Positions 22,007-31,627 of a DNA stretch of 64,000 bases are shown here, piece after piece. A program made the translations under genes and the position numbers. The stretch comes from an uncultured Thermoplasmata archaeon. Lineage in GTDB: Archaea; Thermoplasmatota; Thermoplasmata; RBG-16-68-12. The DNA lies in NCBI GenBank assembly GCA_963768855.1, contig CAVYJM010000006.1, forward strand, positions 352,001 through 416,000. The letters run 5' to 3'. The notes beneath the pieces are model-generated. The model worked only from the letters and a program-made list of their open reading frames with translations. It did no database searches and was not told the DNA's origin. Each line of letters starts with the position of its first letter. Within the stretch, counting starts at the first letter, position 1.

Positions 22007-22079
22007 TGCCGGGGGAGGGAGTCGAACCCTCTGGATACCGATCTGCAGTCGGTCACATTAGCCGCTCTGTCACCCCGGC
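22007..22079 (-). tRNA. trnC: tRNA-Cys(GCA)
   Basis: Cloverleaf: acceptor GCCGGGG/CCCCGGC, D arm ACA..TGT, anticodon arm ACCGA-CTGCAGA-TCGGT, T arm GAGGG-TTCGACT-CCCTC; CCA not encoded; base 73 reads A. Confidence 0.95.
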
Positions 22080-22366
22080 TCCCGCGGCCCATCCGGGCCA
22101 TGGTAATTGAATCTTGTCAAAAAGGTGTGCTTGACAACCTACGGGAATCCGGACCTCCGGAGGCCGTTCGGGCGGGCAGCAAGCCAGTGCAGGAGCGAAT
22201 CCCGACACCGAACGCCGCCCGGCATAGCCCTTCCGGCCGCTCGGTGGGTTGTCAAATCGAGACCGATGATTGAATTTTTTCGAAGGACGATTCGCCTCCG
22301 GGCGAGTTGCATCCAGCCTACGCGCTCGAACAAGGTATTTATGACCCGGGCCTCTGTGCGAGTGCG

Positions 22367-23650
22367 ATGGCGGGCCCGAAGACGATCGTCGACGCGGTCC
22401 ATGGCACGATCCGCCTCGAGCCGCTGATTCTCGATCTGCTCGAGACGCTCGAGATCCAGCGGCTCAACTCGATCCGCCAGCTCGGGCTCACGTACCTCGT
22501 CTTCCCCGGCGCGAACCACTCTCGGATCGAGCACTGCCTCGGGGTGAGCTGGGTGGCCAACGAGATGGCCCGCGCGCTCGACCTGCCCGAGGAGGAGCGC
22601 AAGCTCGTGCAGGCCGCCGGCCTGCTGCATGACGTCGGCCACGGACCGTACTCCCACACCCTCGAGCACGTCCTGAGCCGCGAGCTCGCGGTCGACCACA
22701 TGCACCTCACCCAGCGGCTCATCACGGGCGAGGACGACAACGTCGGGGCGGAGGACCGGAAGGCCTTCCCCGACGTGCCGCGGATCCACGAGGTCCTCCA
22801 GGAGCACGGGGTCTCGCCGAAGGAGGTCGCCGCGCTGATCCGGGGACCGTCCGACTCGGGTGGACTTTTCGGCAAGTCGACCCGGGACGACCACCGCTAC
22901 CTGGGCCAGATCATCCACAGCCCGATGGATGCGGACCAGATCGACTACCTGTTGCGGGACGCCCACTACACGGGCGTGAGCCAGGGCCGCATCGACATCG
23001 CCCGTCTCCTGCTGACCTTGCGGCTCCACCATGGGTCCCTGGCGCTGGACCGCAAGGGCCTCCCCGCCCTCGAGGGCATGCTCGTGGCTCGAGGCCTCAT
23101 GTACTCGTCCGTCTACTTCCACAAGACCGTGCGAATCGCGGAGCAGATGCTCGCCCGCTCCGTCGAGCGCTCGGAGGCCTCCATCGCGGACGTCCAGAAG
23201 ATGGTGGACCACGAACTGCTGGCGTGGCTCATGCACCAAGGGAAGTTCCAGCGGGAGATCGCGCTCCGCGTGCGCTACCGCAAGCTGTACAAGCGCGTCC
23301 TCGCGCTCGACAAGGACGAGCTGTCGGAGGACGCGAAGGCCACCCTGGCGTCCTTCAAGGACGCGCGCGCGCGACGGCGGTTGGAGGACCGGATCGCGCG
23401 CCGGGCCGGGCTCGAGCCCGGCCAGGTCCTCGTCGACGTCCCGCTGCCGGAACTGCTGATCAGCGAGCCGCGGATCGCGAAGACGGAGGTCATGATCCTG
23501 GACGACGGCGAGGCGAGGCCCTTTTCCCGCGTCAGCCCACTCGGCCGCGCGCTCCAGATTCGCCAGGTCACGGATTGGGTCGTCATGGTCGCCGCGCCGC
23601 CCCAGGCGGTGGACGCCGTCCGGAAGGCGTGCCAGGCCACGTTCCTCTAG
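22367..23650 (+). CDS. HD-domain phosphohydrolase (dNTPase/SAMHD1-like, COG1078 type)
   Basis: DAVHG, QRLNSIRQLG, HSRIEHCLG, LLHDVGHGPYSH, DADQIDYLLRD, VYFHKT; start ATG 22367. Confidence 0.9.
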   Translation: MAGPKTIVDAVHGTIRLEPLILDLLETLEIQRLNSIRQLGLTYLVFPGANHSRIEHCLGVSWVANEMARALDLPEEERKLVQAAGLLHDVGHGPYSHTLEHVLSRELAVDHMHLTQRLITGEDDNVGAEDRKAFPDVPRIHEVLQEHGVSPKEVAALIRGPSDSGGLFGKSTRDDHRYLGQIIHSPMDADQIDYLLRDAHYTGVSQGRIDIARLLLTLRLHHGSLALDRKGLPALEGMLVARGLMYSSVYFHKTVRIAEQMLARSVERSEASIADVQKMVDHELLAWLMHQGKFQREIALRVRYRKLYKRVLALDKDELSEDAKATLASFKDARARRRLEDRIARRAGLEPGQVLVDVPLPELLISEPRIAKTEVMILDDGEARPFSRVSPLGRALQIRQVTDWVVMVAAPPQAVDAVRKACQATFL

Positions 23651-23754
23651 CGGGATTCGGACGATTCGGACCGAGACCCAAAGGCAGAATAGCGAGTGCC
23701 GGCCTTGCGGTCCGCCGCCGACCTCCCGCGAGGCCGGACCGCAGGAAGCATCCC

Positions 23755-24060
23755 TTGGCGAGCGACTCGGACCCGCAACGACCGACGCGCGTGTTCCGCT
23801 CCTTCAAGGAGCGGTACGAAGCGGACCGCGAATTCGACGCGAAGGCGCCGTGGCGGGACTGGGTGCGCCAGCGCTATGCGAAGCAGTGGTACGCGTTCGG
23901 TTGTGCCCTCCTCGACGTGATGGTCGTGGGCACGATCCTCCAGGTTGCGGATCTGTCGCAACTCTGGCCGTACGGTTTGTCCATCACGATCGTCGTCGGC
24001 TTGACGTATCTGGAGCTCAAAGGCCTCCAGCGTTTCTGGCCGCGAAAACCTCCTGTGTGA
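23755..24060 (+). CDS. Small membrane protein (~101 aa, 2 TM)
   Basis: TTG start after gcaggaag; [13 protein letters not shown] followed by two hydrophobic helices. Confidence 0.5.
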   Translation: MASDSDPQRPTRVFRSFKERYEADREFDAKAPWRDWVRQRYAKQWYAFGCALLDVMVVGTILQVADLSQLWPYGLSITIVVGLTYLELKGLQRFWPRKPPV

Positions 24061-24184
24061 CGCGCGTCCGGATGGGCCCTTTGTCAAATCGGCGGACGTT
24101 CGTCAGACACTTTTAAATAGCGTGCGAAGAATACGAGCCCACCTTGCGGGATGGGATGAACTCGCTCAAGCTGCAGGTGACGCA

Positions 24185-25279
24185 ATGAACTCCATGCTAG
24201 AGGACGTGCTGGCCCGCGAAGGCGGAACCCCCGCCTTCGAAGACACCCGTGTCGACTCTGAGCTCGAAGACATGCTCAGCAAGATGAAGACCAACATCAA
24301 GATCGTCGGCCTCGGAGGCGGCGGTTCGAACACGATTGCCCGGATCTACAACGAGGGCATCGTGGGCGCGGAGCTGTACGCGTGCAACACAGACGCGCAG
24401 CACCTGCTCCACATCACCGCCCCCAAGAAGATCCTCCTGGGCCGCCGGGTGACGAAGGGCCTCGGCGCCGGTGCCCTGCCCCAGATCGGCGAGGAAGCCG
24501 CGCGCGAGGCGGAAGAGGAGCTGCGCACGATCCTCCACGGTTCCGACATCGTGTTCACCACCTGCGGCCTCGGCGGCGGGACCGGGACGGGCTCCTGCGG
24601 CTACGTCGCGCGCCTGGCCAAGGAGATGGGCGCGCTGACGATCGCGGTCGTCACCCTGCCCTTCCGCGGCGAGGGGAAGCTGCGCATGGAGAGCGCCGAG
24701 TGGGGCCTCGAGCGCCTGCGCGACGCGGCGGACACGGTCATCACGATCCCGAACGACAAGCTCCTCGACCTCGTGCCCCGGATGTCCCTGAACAACGCGT
24801 TCAAGTTCGCGGACGAGGTCCTGATGCGGTCCATCAAGGGTCTGACGGAGATCATCACGAAGCCCGGCCTCGTGAACCTCGACTTCAACGACGTGAAGAC
24901 GATCATGAAGGGCGGCGGCGTCGCGATGATCGGCCTGGGCGAGAGCCAGGCGATGGGCGAGAACCGCGCGGTCGAGGCGATCGAGGAAGCGATCAACAGT
25001 CCCCTCCTCGAGGTCGACGTGTCCTCGGCGCACGGCGTCCTGATCAACGTCACCGGCGGGAACGACATGACGATCGCCGAGGCGGAGCGCGTCGCCGAGG
25101 TCGTGCAGTCGAAGGTCTCCCCGACGGCCCGGATCATCTGGGGCGCCACGGTGGACCCGACCCTCGAGCACACCCTGCGCGTCATGCTCGTCGCCACGGG
25201 CGTGCGGTCCAAGCAGATCGTCGGCCGACGCGACCCCGCCGAGGAACGCGCGAGGGTGGGCGTGGACGTCATCCGCTGA
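24185..25279 (+). CDS. ftsZ: Cell division protein FtsZ (first tandem copy)
   Basis: [30 protein letters not shown]7 loop NLDFND; TATA ttttaaata at 24111-24119. Confidence 0.96.
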   Translation: MNSMLEDVLAREGGTPAFEDTRVDSELEDMLSKMKTNIKIVGLGGGGSNTIARIYNEGIVGAELYACNTDAQHLLHITAPKKILLGRRVTKGLGAGALPQIGEEAAREAEEELRTILHGSDIVFTTCGLGGGTGTGSCGYVARLAKEMGALTIAVVTLPFRGEGKLRMESAEWGLERLRDAADTVITIPNDKLLDLVPRMSLNNAFKFADEVLMRSIKGLTEIITKPGLVNLDFNDVKTIMKGGGVAMIGLGESQAMGENRAVEAIEEAINSPLLEVDVSSAHGVLINVTGGNDMTIAEAERVAEVVQSKVSPTARIIWGATVDPTLEHTLRVMLVATGVRSKQIVGRRDPAEERARVGVDVIR

Positions 25280-25410
25280 GGTCGTTTTCCTCCGAGAGAA
25301 TTCCGGTACGGGTGGCCCGCCGGTCACCCGGAAACCTTTATTAGCGCCCCTTTGCTACCTGCCCTTCGCGGCTGCTTCGACCAGCGTTTCGCGTAGCCGG
25401 AGGCCCAATC

Positions 25411-26520
25411 ATGGACTCCATTGTTAGGGAAGTCGTCACCCGAGCGGCGGACGAGCCGCGCGTCCCCGAATCGCCCACCGCGGCGTTCGGGATGGGGACC
25501 GAGGATGCCGAACTCGAGCGCATCCTCGCGAGCCTTCGCACCAACATCAAGATAGTCGGCATCGGCGGGGGCGGCTGCAACACGATCGACCGCCTCGTCG
25601 AGGGCGGCATCGTGGGCGCCGAGCTCTACGCGTGCAACACGGACGCGCAGCACCTACTGATCATCCGCGCGCCGCACAAGCTCCTCCTCGGGCGCCGTTC
25701 GACGCGGGGCCTCGGGGCGGGCGCGCTCCCCCAGGTCGGGGAAGAGGCCGCGCGGGAGGCGGGCGACGAGCTTCGGACCGTCGTCCAGGGCGCAGACATG
25801 GTCTTCATCGTCTGCGGCCTCGGTGGCGGCACGGGCACGGGTGGCGCACCGATCATCGCTCAGATGGCCAAGGAGGCGGGCGCCCTCACGATCGCCATCA
25901 CCACGTTCCCCTTCAAGGCGGAGGGCGCGATCCGCGCGGAAAACGCGGAGTACGGCCTCGAGAAGCTCCGCAGCTTCGCGGACACGGTCGTCGTCATCCC
26001 GAACGACAAACTCCTTGAACTCGTGCCGCGTCTCGCCCTGAATGCGGCCTTCAAGGTCGCGGACGACGTGCTCATGCGCGCGATCAAGGGGATCACCGAG
26101 GTCATCACGAAGCCCGGGCTCGTCAACCTGGACTTCAACGACATCAAGACGATCATGAAGGGCGGCGGGGTCGCGATGATCGGCCTCGGCGAGTCCGACT
26201 CGGAGAACCGGGCCGAGGAGGCCATCGAGGAGGCCATCAACTCCCCGCTCATCGACGTCGACATCAGCGCCGCGACGGGCGCCCTCGTCAACGTCACGGG
26301 CGGCGTGGACATGAGCGTCGCCGAAGCCGAAAAGGTCGCGGAGATCGTCCAGGGCCGAATCAGCAGCAACGCCCGGATCATCTGGGGCGCAGCGGTCGAC
26401 CAGGCGCTCGAGCACAAGCTCCGCGTCATGCTTATCCTGACCGGCGTGCGGTCCAAGCAGATCCTCGGACCGGGGGAGCACATCCGCGGCCCCTCGGCCG
26501 GCGTCGACATCGTGCGGTGA
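25411..26520 (+). CDS. ftsZ: Cell division protein FtsZ (second tandem copy)
   Basis: [32 protein letters not shown]; own BRE/TATA ggaaacctttatta upstream. Confidence 0.96.
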   Translation: MDSIVREVVTRAADEPRVPESPTAAFGMGTEDAELERILASLRTNIKIVGIGGGGCNTIDRLVEGGIVGAELYACNTDAQHLLIIRAPHKLLLGRRSTRGLGAGALPQVGEEAAREAGDELRTVVQGADMVFIVCGLGGGTGTGGAPIIAQMAKEAGALTIAITTFPFKAEGAIRAENAEYGLEKLRSFADTVVVIPNDKLLELVPRLALNAAFKVADDVLMRAIKGITEVITKPGLVNLDFNDIKTIMKGGGVAMIGLGESDSENRAEEAIEEAINSPLIDVDISAATGALVNVTGGVDMSVAEAEKVAEIVQGRISSNARIIWGAAVDQALEHKLRVMLILTGVRSKQILGPGEHIRGPSAGVDIVR

Positions 26521-26532
26521 GGGTTCTCAATC

Positions 26533-26772
26533 ATGGCCGACATCATGGAGAAGGGCTGGGAGGTCCAGCGGCGGGTCGAGGAGCGGCTCAAGCGGGTCGG
26601 CAAAGGCAAGTACGGTCGCATCTTGAAGATGGCCCGGAAGCCGACGCCGGACGAGTACAGCAAGGTCCTCATCATCACGGGACTCGGCCTCGTCGCGATC
26701 GGGGCGCTCGGGTTCTTCATCTACTTCGTGATGCGGTACGGCGGCTCGTTCTTCACCGGACTCTTCGGATGA
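26533..26772 (+). CDS. secE: Protein translocase SecE/Sec61-gamma
   Basis: YGRILKMARKPTPDEY, one TM helix, conserved position between ftsZ and spt5. Confidence 0.92.
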   Translation: MADIMEKGWEVQRRVEERLKRVGKGKYGRILKMARKPTPDEYSKVLIITGLGLVAIGALGFFIYFVMRYGGSFFTGLFG

Positions 26773-26790
26773 TCTGAGGGAGCGGAGACC

Positions 26791-27735
26791 ATGGGGCTGC
26801 TCGACGACCTGGCCAAGGGCGCGGAAAAGAAACCGGAACCGAAGCCGGAGGAACGTCCGCCCGTGGGCCACCGCGGGGTCAAGCTCGAGCTCCAGGAGGA
26901 GAAGATCTCGCTCACCGCCGGCCAGGTCAAGGAGTACGCCCTCGTCGTGACGAACACGGGCACAGACGACGACATGGTCCGGATCAAGGTCGACCTCGTC
27001 TACGGCTCCGAGATCCCCGACCCGCCCGAATGGGGGATCAAGATCTGGGGCGTCGAGGACAAGCCCTGGGACGTCACGTACACGAAGGTCATCGAGAAGG
27101 AGTTCCTCCTCATCCCGGAGGGTCAGCGCGAGCTGACCGTCCAGATCACCTGTCCGAAGGGCGCCCGCTTCGGCGACCGCCTGAACGTCGTCCTGAACGG
27201 GATCTCGAAGGCCGATCCGACCGCCTCGGACGTCAAGACGCTGAGCTTCACGGCCCGCCAGGCCGTCCTCGCGGTCAAGTGCTCCATCGGCCACGAGCGG
27301 ACCGTCGCCGACTCGCTCTACGCGCGGGCGAAGGGCAAGGACCTCGGCGTCTTCGCGATCCTCGTGCCCGCAAACCTGCGCGGGTATGTGTTCGTCGAGT
27401 CGATGAACCCGGACCGGCTCGAGGAACTCGTCCGCGGCGTCCGCCGCGCGCGCGGTGTCGTGAAGGGCGAGGGCGAGAAGGCCGGCATCAGCTTCTCCGA
27501 CATTGACCTCTACCTGACCCCGAAGCCCGTGGTCAGTGGCATCATGGAAGGCGACATCGTCGAGCTCGTCGCCGGCCCGTTCAAGGGCGAGAAGGCGCGG
27601 GTCCAGAAGATCGACGAGACGAAGGAAGAGATCACGGTCGAGCTGTTCGAGGCGATGGTCCGAATCCCGGTGACGGTCCGCGGCGACCACGTCCGCGTGC
27701 TCCAGAAGGAGAAGGACGAGCGCCGGGAAGCGTAG
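26791..27735 (+). CDS. spt5: Transcription elongation factor Spt5 (NGN+KOW) with ~155-aa N-terminal extra domain
   Basis: NGN (GHERTVAD, LRGYVFVE) and KOW (EGDIVELVAGPFKGEKARV) occupy only the C-terminal half. Confidence 0.92.
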   Translation: MGLLDDLAKGAEKKPEPKPEERPPVGHRGVKLELQEEKISLTAGQVKEYALVVTNTGTDDDMVRIKVDLVYGSEIPDPPEWGIKIWGVEDKPWDVTYTKVIEKEFLLIPEGQRELTVQITCPKGARFGDRLNVVLNGISKADPTASDVKTLSFTARQAVLAVKCSIGHERTVADSLYARAKGKDLGVFAILVPANLRGYVFVESMNPDRLEELVRGVRRARGVVKGEGEKAGISFSDIDLYLTPKPVVSGIMEGDIVELVAGPFKGEKARVQKIDETKEEITVELFEAMVRIPVTVRGDHVRVLQKEKDERREA

Positions 27736-27826
27736 CCCGCCTCCCGCTCGCGCTCCGGATCTCCATGGAGCGGCCCGTCGAGTGTATGTACTAGTCTATG
27801 CCTCGAATTAAGTATGCGGTACCCGG

Positions 27827-29470
27827 ATGCCCCCGTCGGGAGTGGGGGTTGTTTTGGCTACTCAGAGTGAGAACCCTTCCGGCGATTCTGGTTCGCTATA
27901 TGTGAGGCGAAGTTCCGGCCTTGTTCGGGCGGTCAGCTCCCGCCAGGCCCTCATTGCGAACCTTGTGAGCATGGGCATCATGGGACCGATGTTGTACGTG
28001 TGGTTCGCCGTGCTGACGGCACCCAACGCGGACATCCCGCTGACGACCTTCCTGGGCCTGGCAATCGTCCTCATGGTGGGCTTCGTGTACTGGATGTTCT
28101 CCACGAGCATGCCCCGTACCGGAGGCGACTACGTCTGGGTGTCGCGAGTTCTCCATCCGTACTTAGGTTTCCTGGAGAGCTCGATGATCCTGTTCGTGAT
28201 GATCTCCTCGTTCGTCGCGTACGACATCGTCCTGGCCGTCCAGTACGGCTTCTCGTACATGTTCATCAACTTCGGATTCCTCGCGAAGGACGCGGGGCTC
28301 GTCACAATCGGGACGAACCTGATGACCGACAAGACGCAGCTGCTCCTCGTTTCGCTCGCGATCTCGGCCCTCGTCATCGCCGTCATGTTGCTGCCCATTA
28401 AGCGGGTCGTGAACGTCCTCGTCGGCGGCTTCTTCGTGATGCTGGCCATCTTCGCGGTGTACATCGGGTTGCTCCTCGTCAACGGGAACGCGGGATTCAT
28501 CAGCAACTTCAACGCGGCCTCGGGCACCACCTACGGCGACGTCCTGGCCACGATGACGCCCGGTGCGTTCAACTACACGCTGGACGGGACCCTGTTCCTC
28601 GGCCTCGTCTTCGTGATGTTGAGTTACATCGGGCTGGTGAATAGCTCGTACTTCGCCGGCGAGGTGAGCGGGAACCCCTTCAAGTCCCAGGGGATCGCCA
28701 TCTTCGGCTCCCCCCTGATCTACGGGGCGTTCCTCTTCACGATCTACTTCACCCAGTTCACGGTCTACGGACACGACTTCCTGGCCGCGGCGGCCGGACC
28801 GGGCGCCTCCCTCCTGCCCGTACCCGGCGCCGGGTATCCCTCGGGCGTGTTCCTGGTGAACTTCCTGACGACGAACCCGTGGATTGCCGCACTCGTGGCG
28901 TTCGGGATGGGCCTGCAGCTGGTCATGTGGTCGATGGCCTTCTACCTCGCCCCGACGCGGTACATCTTCTCCTGGTCCTTCGACCGGATCCTCCCGCTCG
29001 GGCTCTCGAAGACCTCGAAGAAGGGCGTCCCGTACTACGCCGTACTGCTCTACGGGCTCGTCACGGTGGCCTTCGTCTTCCTGACGATCTTCACGACGAT
29101 CGGCGCCTTCTACATCTACGCGATCTTCGGCTTCTACTTCTCCACGACGATCGTCCTGATTGCCGGCGCTCTCTTCCCGTTCCGCAGGAAGGAGATCTTC
29201 GAGTCGTCCCACCGGTACGTCAAGGCGAAGGTCGGACCCGTCCCCGTGATCACGATCGTGGGCCTCGTCGGCGCGGTCTTCACTGCGATCGTGATGGTGT
29301 CGGTCGTGCTCCCCGCGTACACGCATCAAGCGCAGTTCGACTTCGTGGCGTTCTCCCCGATCATCCTGATGTTGATCTTCGCCACCTTCGTGTACTGGGG
29401 CTCGTACTTCTACCAGAAGGGCCACGGCCTGCCTGTGGAACTCGTAGGGAAGCAGATCCCGCCCCTGTAG
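27827..29470 (+). CDS. APC-family amino acid/polyamine permease
   Basis: LYVRRSSGLVR, SMPRTGGDYVWVSR, FAGEV, RYIFSWSFDRILP; ~12-14 TM segments. Confidence 0.9.
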   Translation: MPPSGVGVVLATQSENPSGDSGSLYVRRSSGLVRAVSSRQALIANLVSMGIMGPMLYVWFAVLTAPNADIPLTTFLGLAIVLMVGFVYWMFSTSMPRTGGDYVWVSRVLHPYLGFLESSMILFVMISSFVAYDIVLAVQYGFSYMFINFGFLAKDAGLVTIGTNLMTDKTQLLLVSLAISALVIAVMLLPIKRVVNVLVGGFFVMLAIFAVYIGLLLVNGNAGFISNFNAASGTTYGDVLATMTPGAFNYTLDGTLFLGLVFVMLSYIGLVNSSYFAGEVSGNPFKSQGIAIFGSPLIYGAFLFTIYFTQFTVYGHDFLAAAAGPGASLLPVPGAGYPSGVFLVNFLTTNPWIAALVAFGMGLQLVMWSMAFYLAPTRYIFSWSFDRILPLGLSKTSKKGVPYYAVLLYGLVTVAFVFLTIFTTIGAFYIYAIFGFYFSTTIVLIAGALFPFRRKEIFESSHRYVKAKVGPVPVITIVGLVGAVFTAIVMVSVVLPAYTHQAQFDFVAFSPIILMLIFATFVYWGSYFYQKGHGLPVELVGKQIPPL

Positions 29471-29659
29471 AGGTCAAGACGATTCAGCGGTCTCCTCCCC
29501 TTTGGCGCGGGAGGAGGCCTACCTTTCCCGCCTGGGTCAGCGGGGACCTCGGCTCGCCGATCATTCGGCCAGCCGAACGTCTCGCGGACGCGTGCAACAC
29601 GCGAGGCGCAAACCGTCCCGTTCTCGGAGGGCGCCCTCGACGGCTCTCCTGAAAACGTA

Positions 29660-29673
29660 AGAACCGCGGTTCT
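29660..29673. promoter_or_regulatory. 14-bp perfect palindrome abutting a TATA-like TAAATA, candidate operator
   Basis: AGAACCGCGGTTCT ~30 bp upstream of the metallophosphoesterase ATG. Confidence 0.45.
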
Positions 29674-29702
29674 AAATATCGCGCTCCGGCTCCATCTAAT
29701 TC

Positions 29703-30659
29703 ATGAAGAAACTCACCCGGGTCCTCTTCATTTCTGACGTGCACGGATCCACGCCCGTCTTCACCAAGGCGTTGGGCGCCGCCGCAGCGTACAAGGCGGA
29801 GACGCTGGTCCACGGCGGGGACATCATTGGCAAGTACATCACGCCGTTTTTCCACACGGACCACACCGTCGAGACGGAGATCATGGGGGCGAAGCGCCTC
29901 CCGAAGAACGACACGGAGATCCGGGAGGCGGAGGCCGAGGTATCGCGGATCGGCTCGTACGCATATCACACAACGCGGGATGGATGGAAGGAGCTCCGCG
30001 CGAAGCCCGAGGCGATGACGGACGTCTTCTTCAAGCTCGCGAACGAGCGCCTCGCCTCCTGGGTTCGTCTGGCGGAGGAGAAGCTCAAGCCGCTCGGCAT
30101 CAAGCTCTTCCTGAACATCGGCAACGACGACTTCCAGGATCTGGGGAAGACGATCGAGGCGTCCAGCTACGTGGTCTATCCCAACAACAAGGTCCTCCTC
30201 CTCGACGACGACCACGAGATGCTCAGCCTCGGCAACACAAACATCACCCCGTGGAAGTGCGAGGGCGACCTGGAGGAGCCGGACCTGCAGCGCATGCTCG
30301 ACGTCTTGGCCTCGACGGTCCAGCATCCCGAACGCGCGCTATTCAACCTGCACTGTCCTCCCGTGGACACGAAGCTCGACGTCGCGCCGCTCCTCGATGC
30401 AGAGCTTCGTCCCGTGTATCTCCCGGGCGGCGAGCCGCAGATGGTCCACGTCGGATGCAAGGCGGTTCGCGCGTTGCTGCAGCGGGTGCAGCCCATGGCG
30501 GGCCTCCATGGGCACATCCATGAGTCCCGTGGCTACGAGAAGATCGGTCGGACGATGTGCTTCAACCCGGGCAGCGAATACACGATCGGCGTCCTGAGCA
30601 GCCTGTTGCTCAACCTGTCCCGGGACAAGGTCGAGTCCTTCATGTTCCTGAGCGCGTAG
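29703..30659 (+). CDS. Calcineurin-like metallophosphoesterase (Icc-related)
   Basis: SDVHG, GGDIIGK, GNDD, HCPP, GLHGHIHES, NPGS. Confidence 0.88.
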   Translation: MKKLTRVLFISDVHGSTPVFTKALGAAAAYKAETLVHGGDIIGKYITPFFHTDHTVETEIMGAKRLPKNDTEIREAEAEVSRIGSYAYHTTRDGWKELRAKPEAMTDVFFKLANERLASWVRLAEEKLKPLGIKLFLNIGNDDFQDLGKTIEASSYVVYPNNKVLLLDDDHEMLSLGNTNITPWKCEGDLEEPDLQRMLDVLASTVQHPERALFNLHCPPVDTKLDVAPLLDAELRPVYLPGGEPQMVHVGCKAVRALLQRVQPMAGLHGHIHESRGYEKIGRTMCFNPGSEYTIGVLSSLLLNLSRDKVESFMFLSA

Positions 30660-30754
30660 GGATTCCCACCCGGCGCTCGCCCGAGGCCCGCCGCGGGGTC
30701 ATTACAACAATGCCGGGTGTTTGAAGTGGGGACATCCTCCATCGCGAGGGTTGA

Positions 30755-31597
30755 ATGTGGGGCCCCGGCAGCAAGTCCGTCCACCTCGGTGAGACCGAGT
30801 TCTGCGCGCAGTCGGTCGAGCTCGTGAAGCGAGCCCAGGACCTGCAGCTCCCCCTCCGCATCCTCGGCGCGATGGCCGTCTACATCCACTCAAGCCACCG
30901 GCCCGAGCTCCTCGCCCGCTACCGGGCCCTGGAGCGGCTGGGCCCCGGCCGTCCTCTCTTCACGGACCTCGATGTGGTCGGGTACGGTGACCGCCAGAAG
31001 GAAACCGCGCGGTTCTTCCAGGAGACGATGAAGTTCACGCCCGATTTCCACGTGAACGCCCTGTTCTCCGGACGGCGCAACGTCTTCCGCCACCCGGACG
31101 GCCTGTTCGACGTGGATGTGTTCTACGATCTCCTGGGCTTCAGCCACGAGGTCCTCTTCCGCGGATCGGTCAGCGGGGATCGGCTGGAGCTCGACTTCCC
31201 GACGATCGCCCTGGCGGACATCGTCCTCGAGAAACTGCAAATCCACCGCATCAACCGGAAGGACCTCGTGGACCTCTTCATGCTCCTCAGCGCACACGAC
31301 GTCAATTCCGGGCCGGAGCCGGACCGAATCGACGGAGCGTACATCGCGCAGGTCCTCAGCCGGGACTGGGGTTTCGAGTACGACGCGCGGTCGAACCTGC
31401 AGAAGCTGCGGGGGCTTGCCGACCACGAGGTGGCCGAAGGCCATGCGACGGCGGACGAACGAGGGCGCGTCGAGATCGGCATCCGGCACCTCGTTCAACT
31501 CGTCGATCACGAGCCGAAGTCCAAGGAGTGGCAGAAGCGGGCCAAGAAGGGGACCTCGAAACCCTGGTTCAACGAGGTGGACGAGATCGAACGCTGA
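30755..31597 (+). CDS. Uncharacterised protein with nucleotidyltransferase-like motifs
   Basis: RILGAMAV (hG[GS]-like), TDLDVV (DxD), VDVF third acidic residue, KLQI..KDLVD. Confidence 0.6.
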   Translation: MWGPGSKSVHLGETEFCAQSVELVKRAQDLQLPLRILGAMAVYIHSSHRPELLARYRALERLGPGRPLFTDLDVVGYGDRQKETARFFQETMKFTPDFHVNALFSGRRNVFRHPDGLFDVDVFYDLLGFSHEVLFRGSVSGDRLELDFPTIALADIVLEKLQIHRINRKDLVDLFMLLSAHDVNSGPEPDRIDGAYIAQVLSRDWGFEYDARSNLQKLRGLADHEVAEGHATADERGRVEIGIRHLVQLVDHEPKSKEWQKRAKKGTSKPWFNEVDEIER

Positions 31598-31627
31598 AAG
31601 GCGTTGGCGGATGAAGGTGGGGGACAC

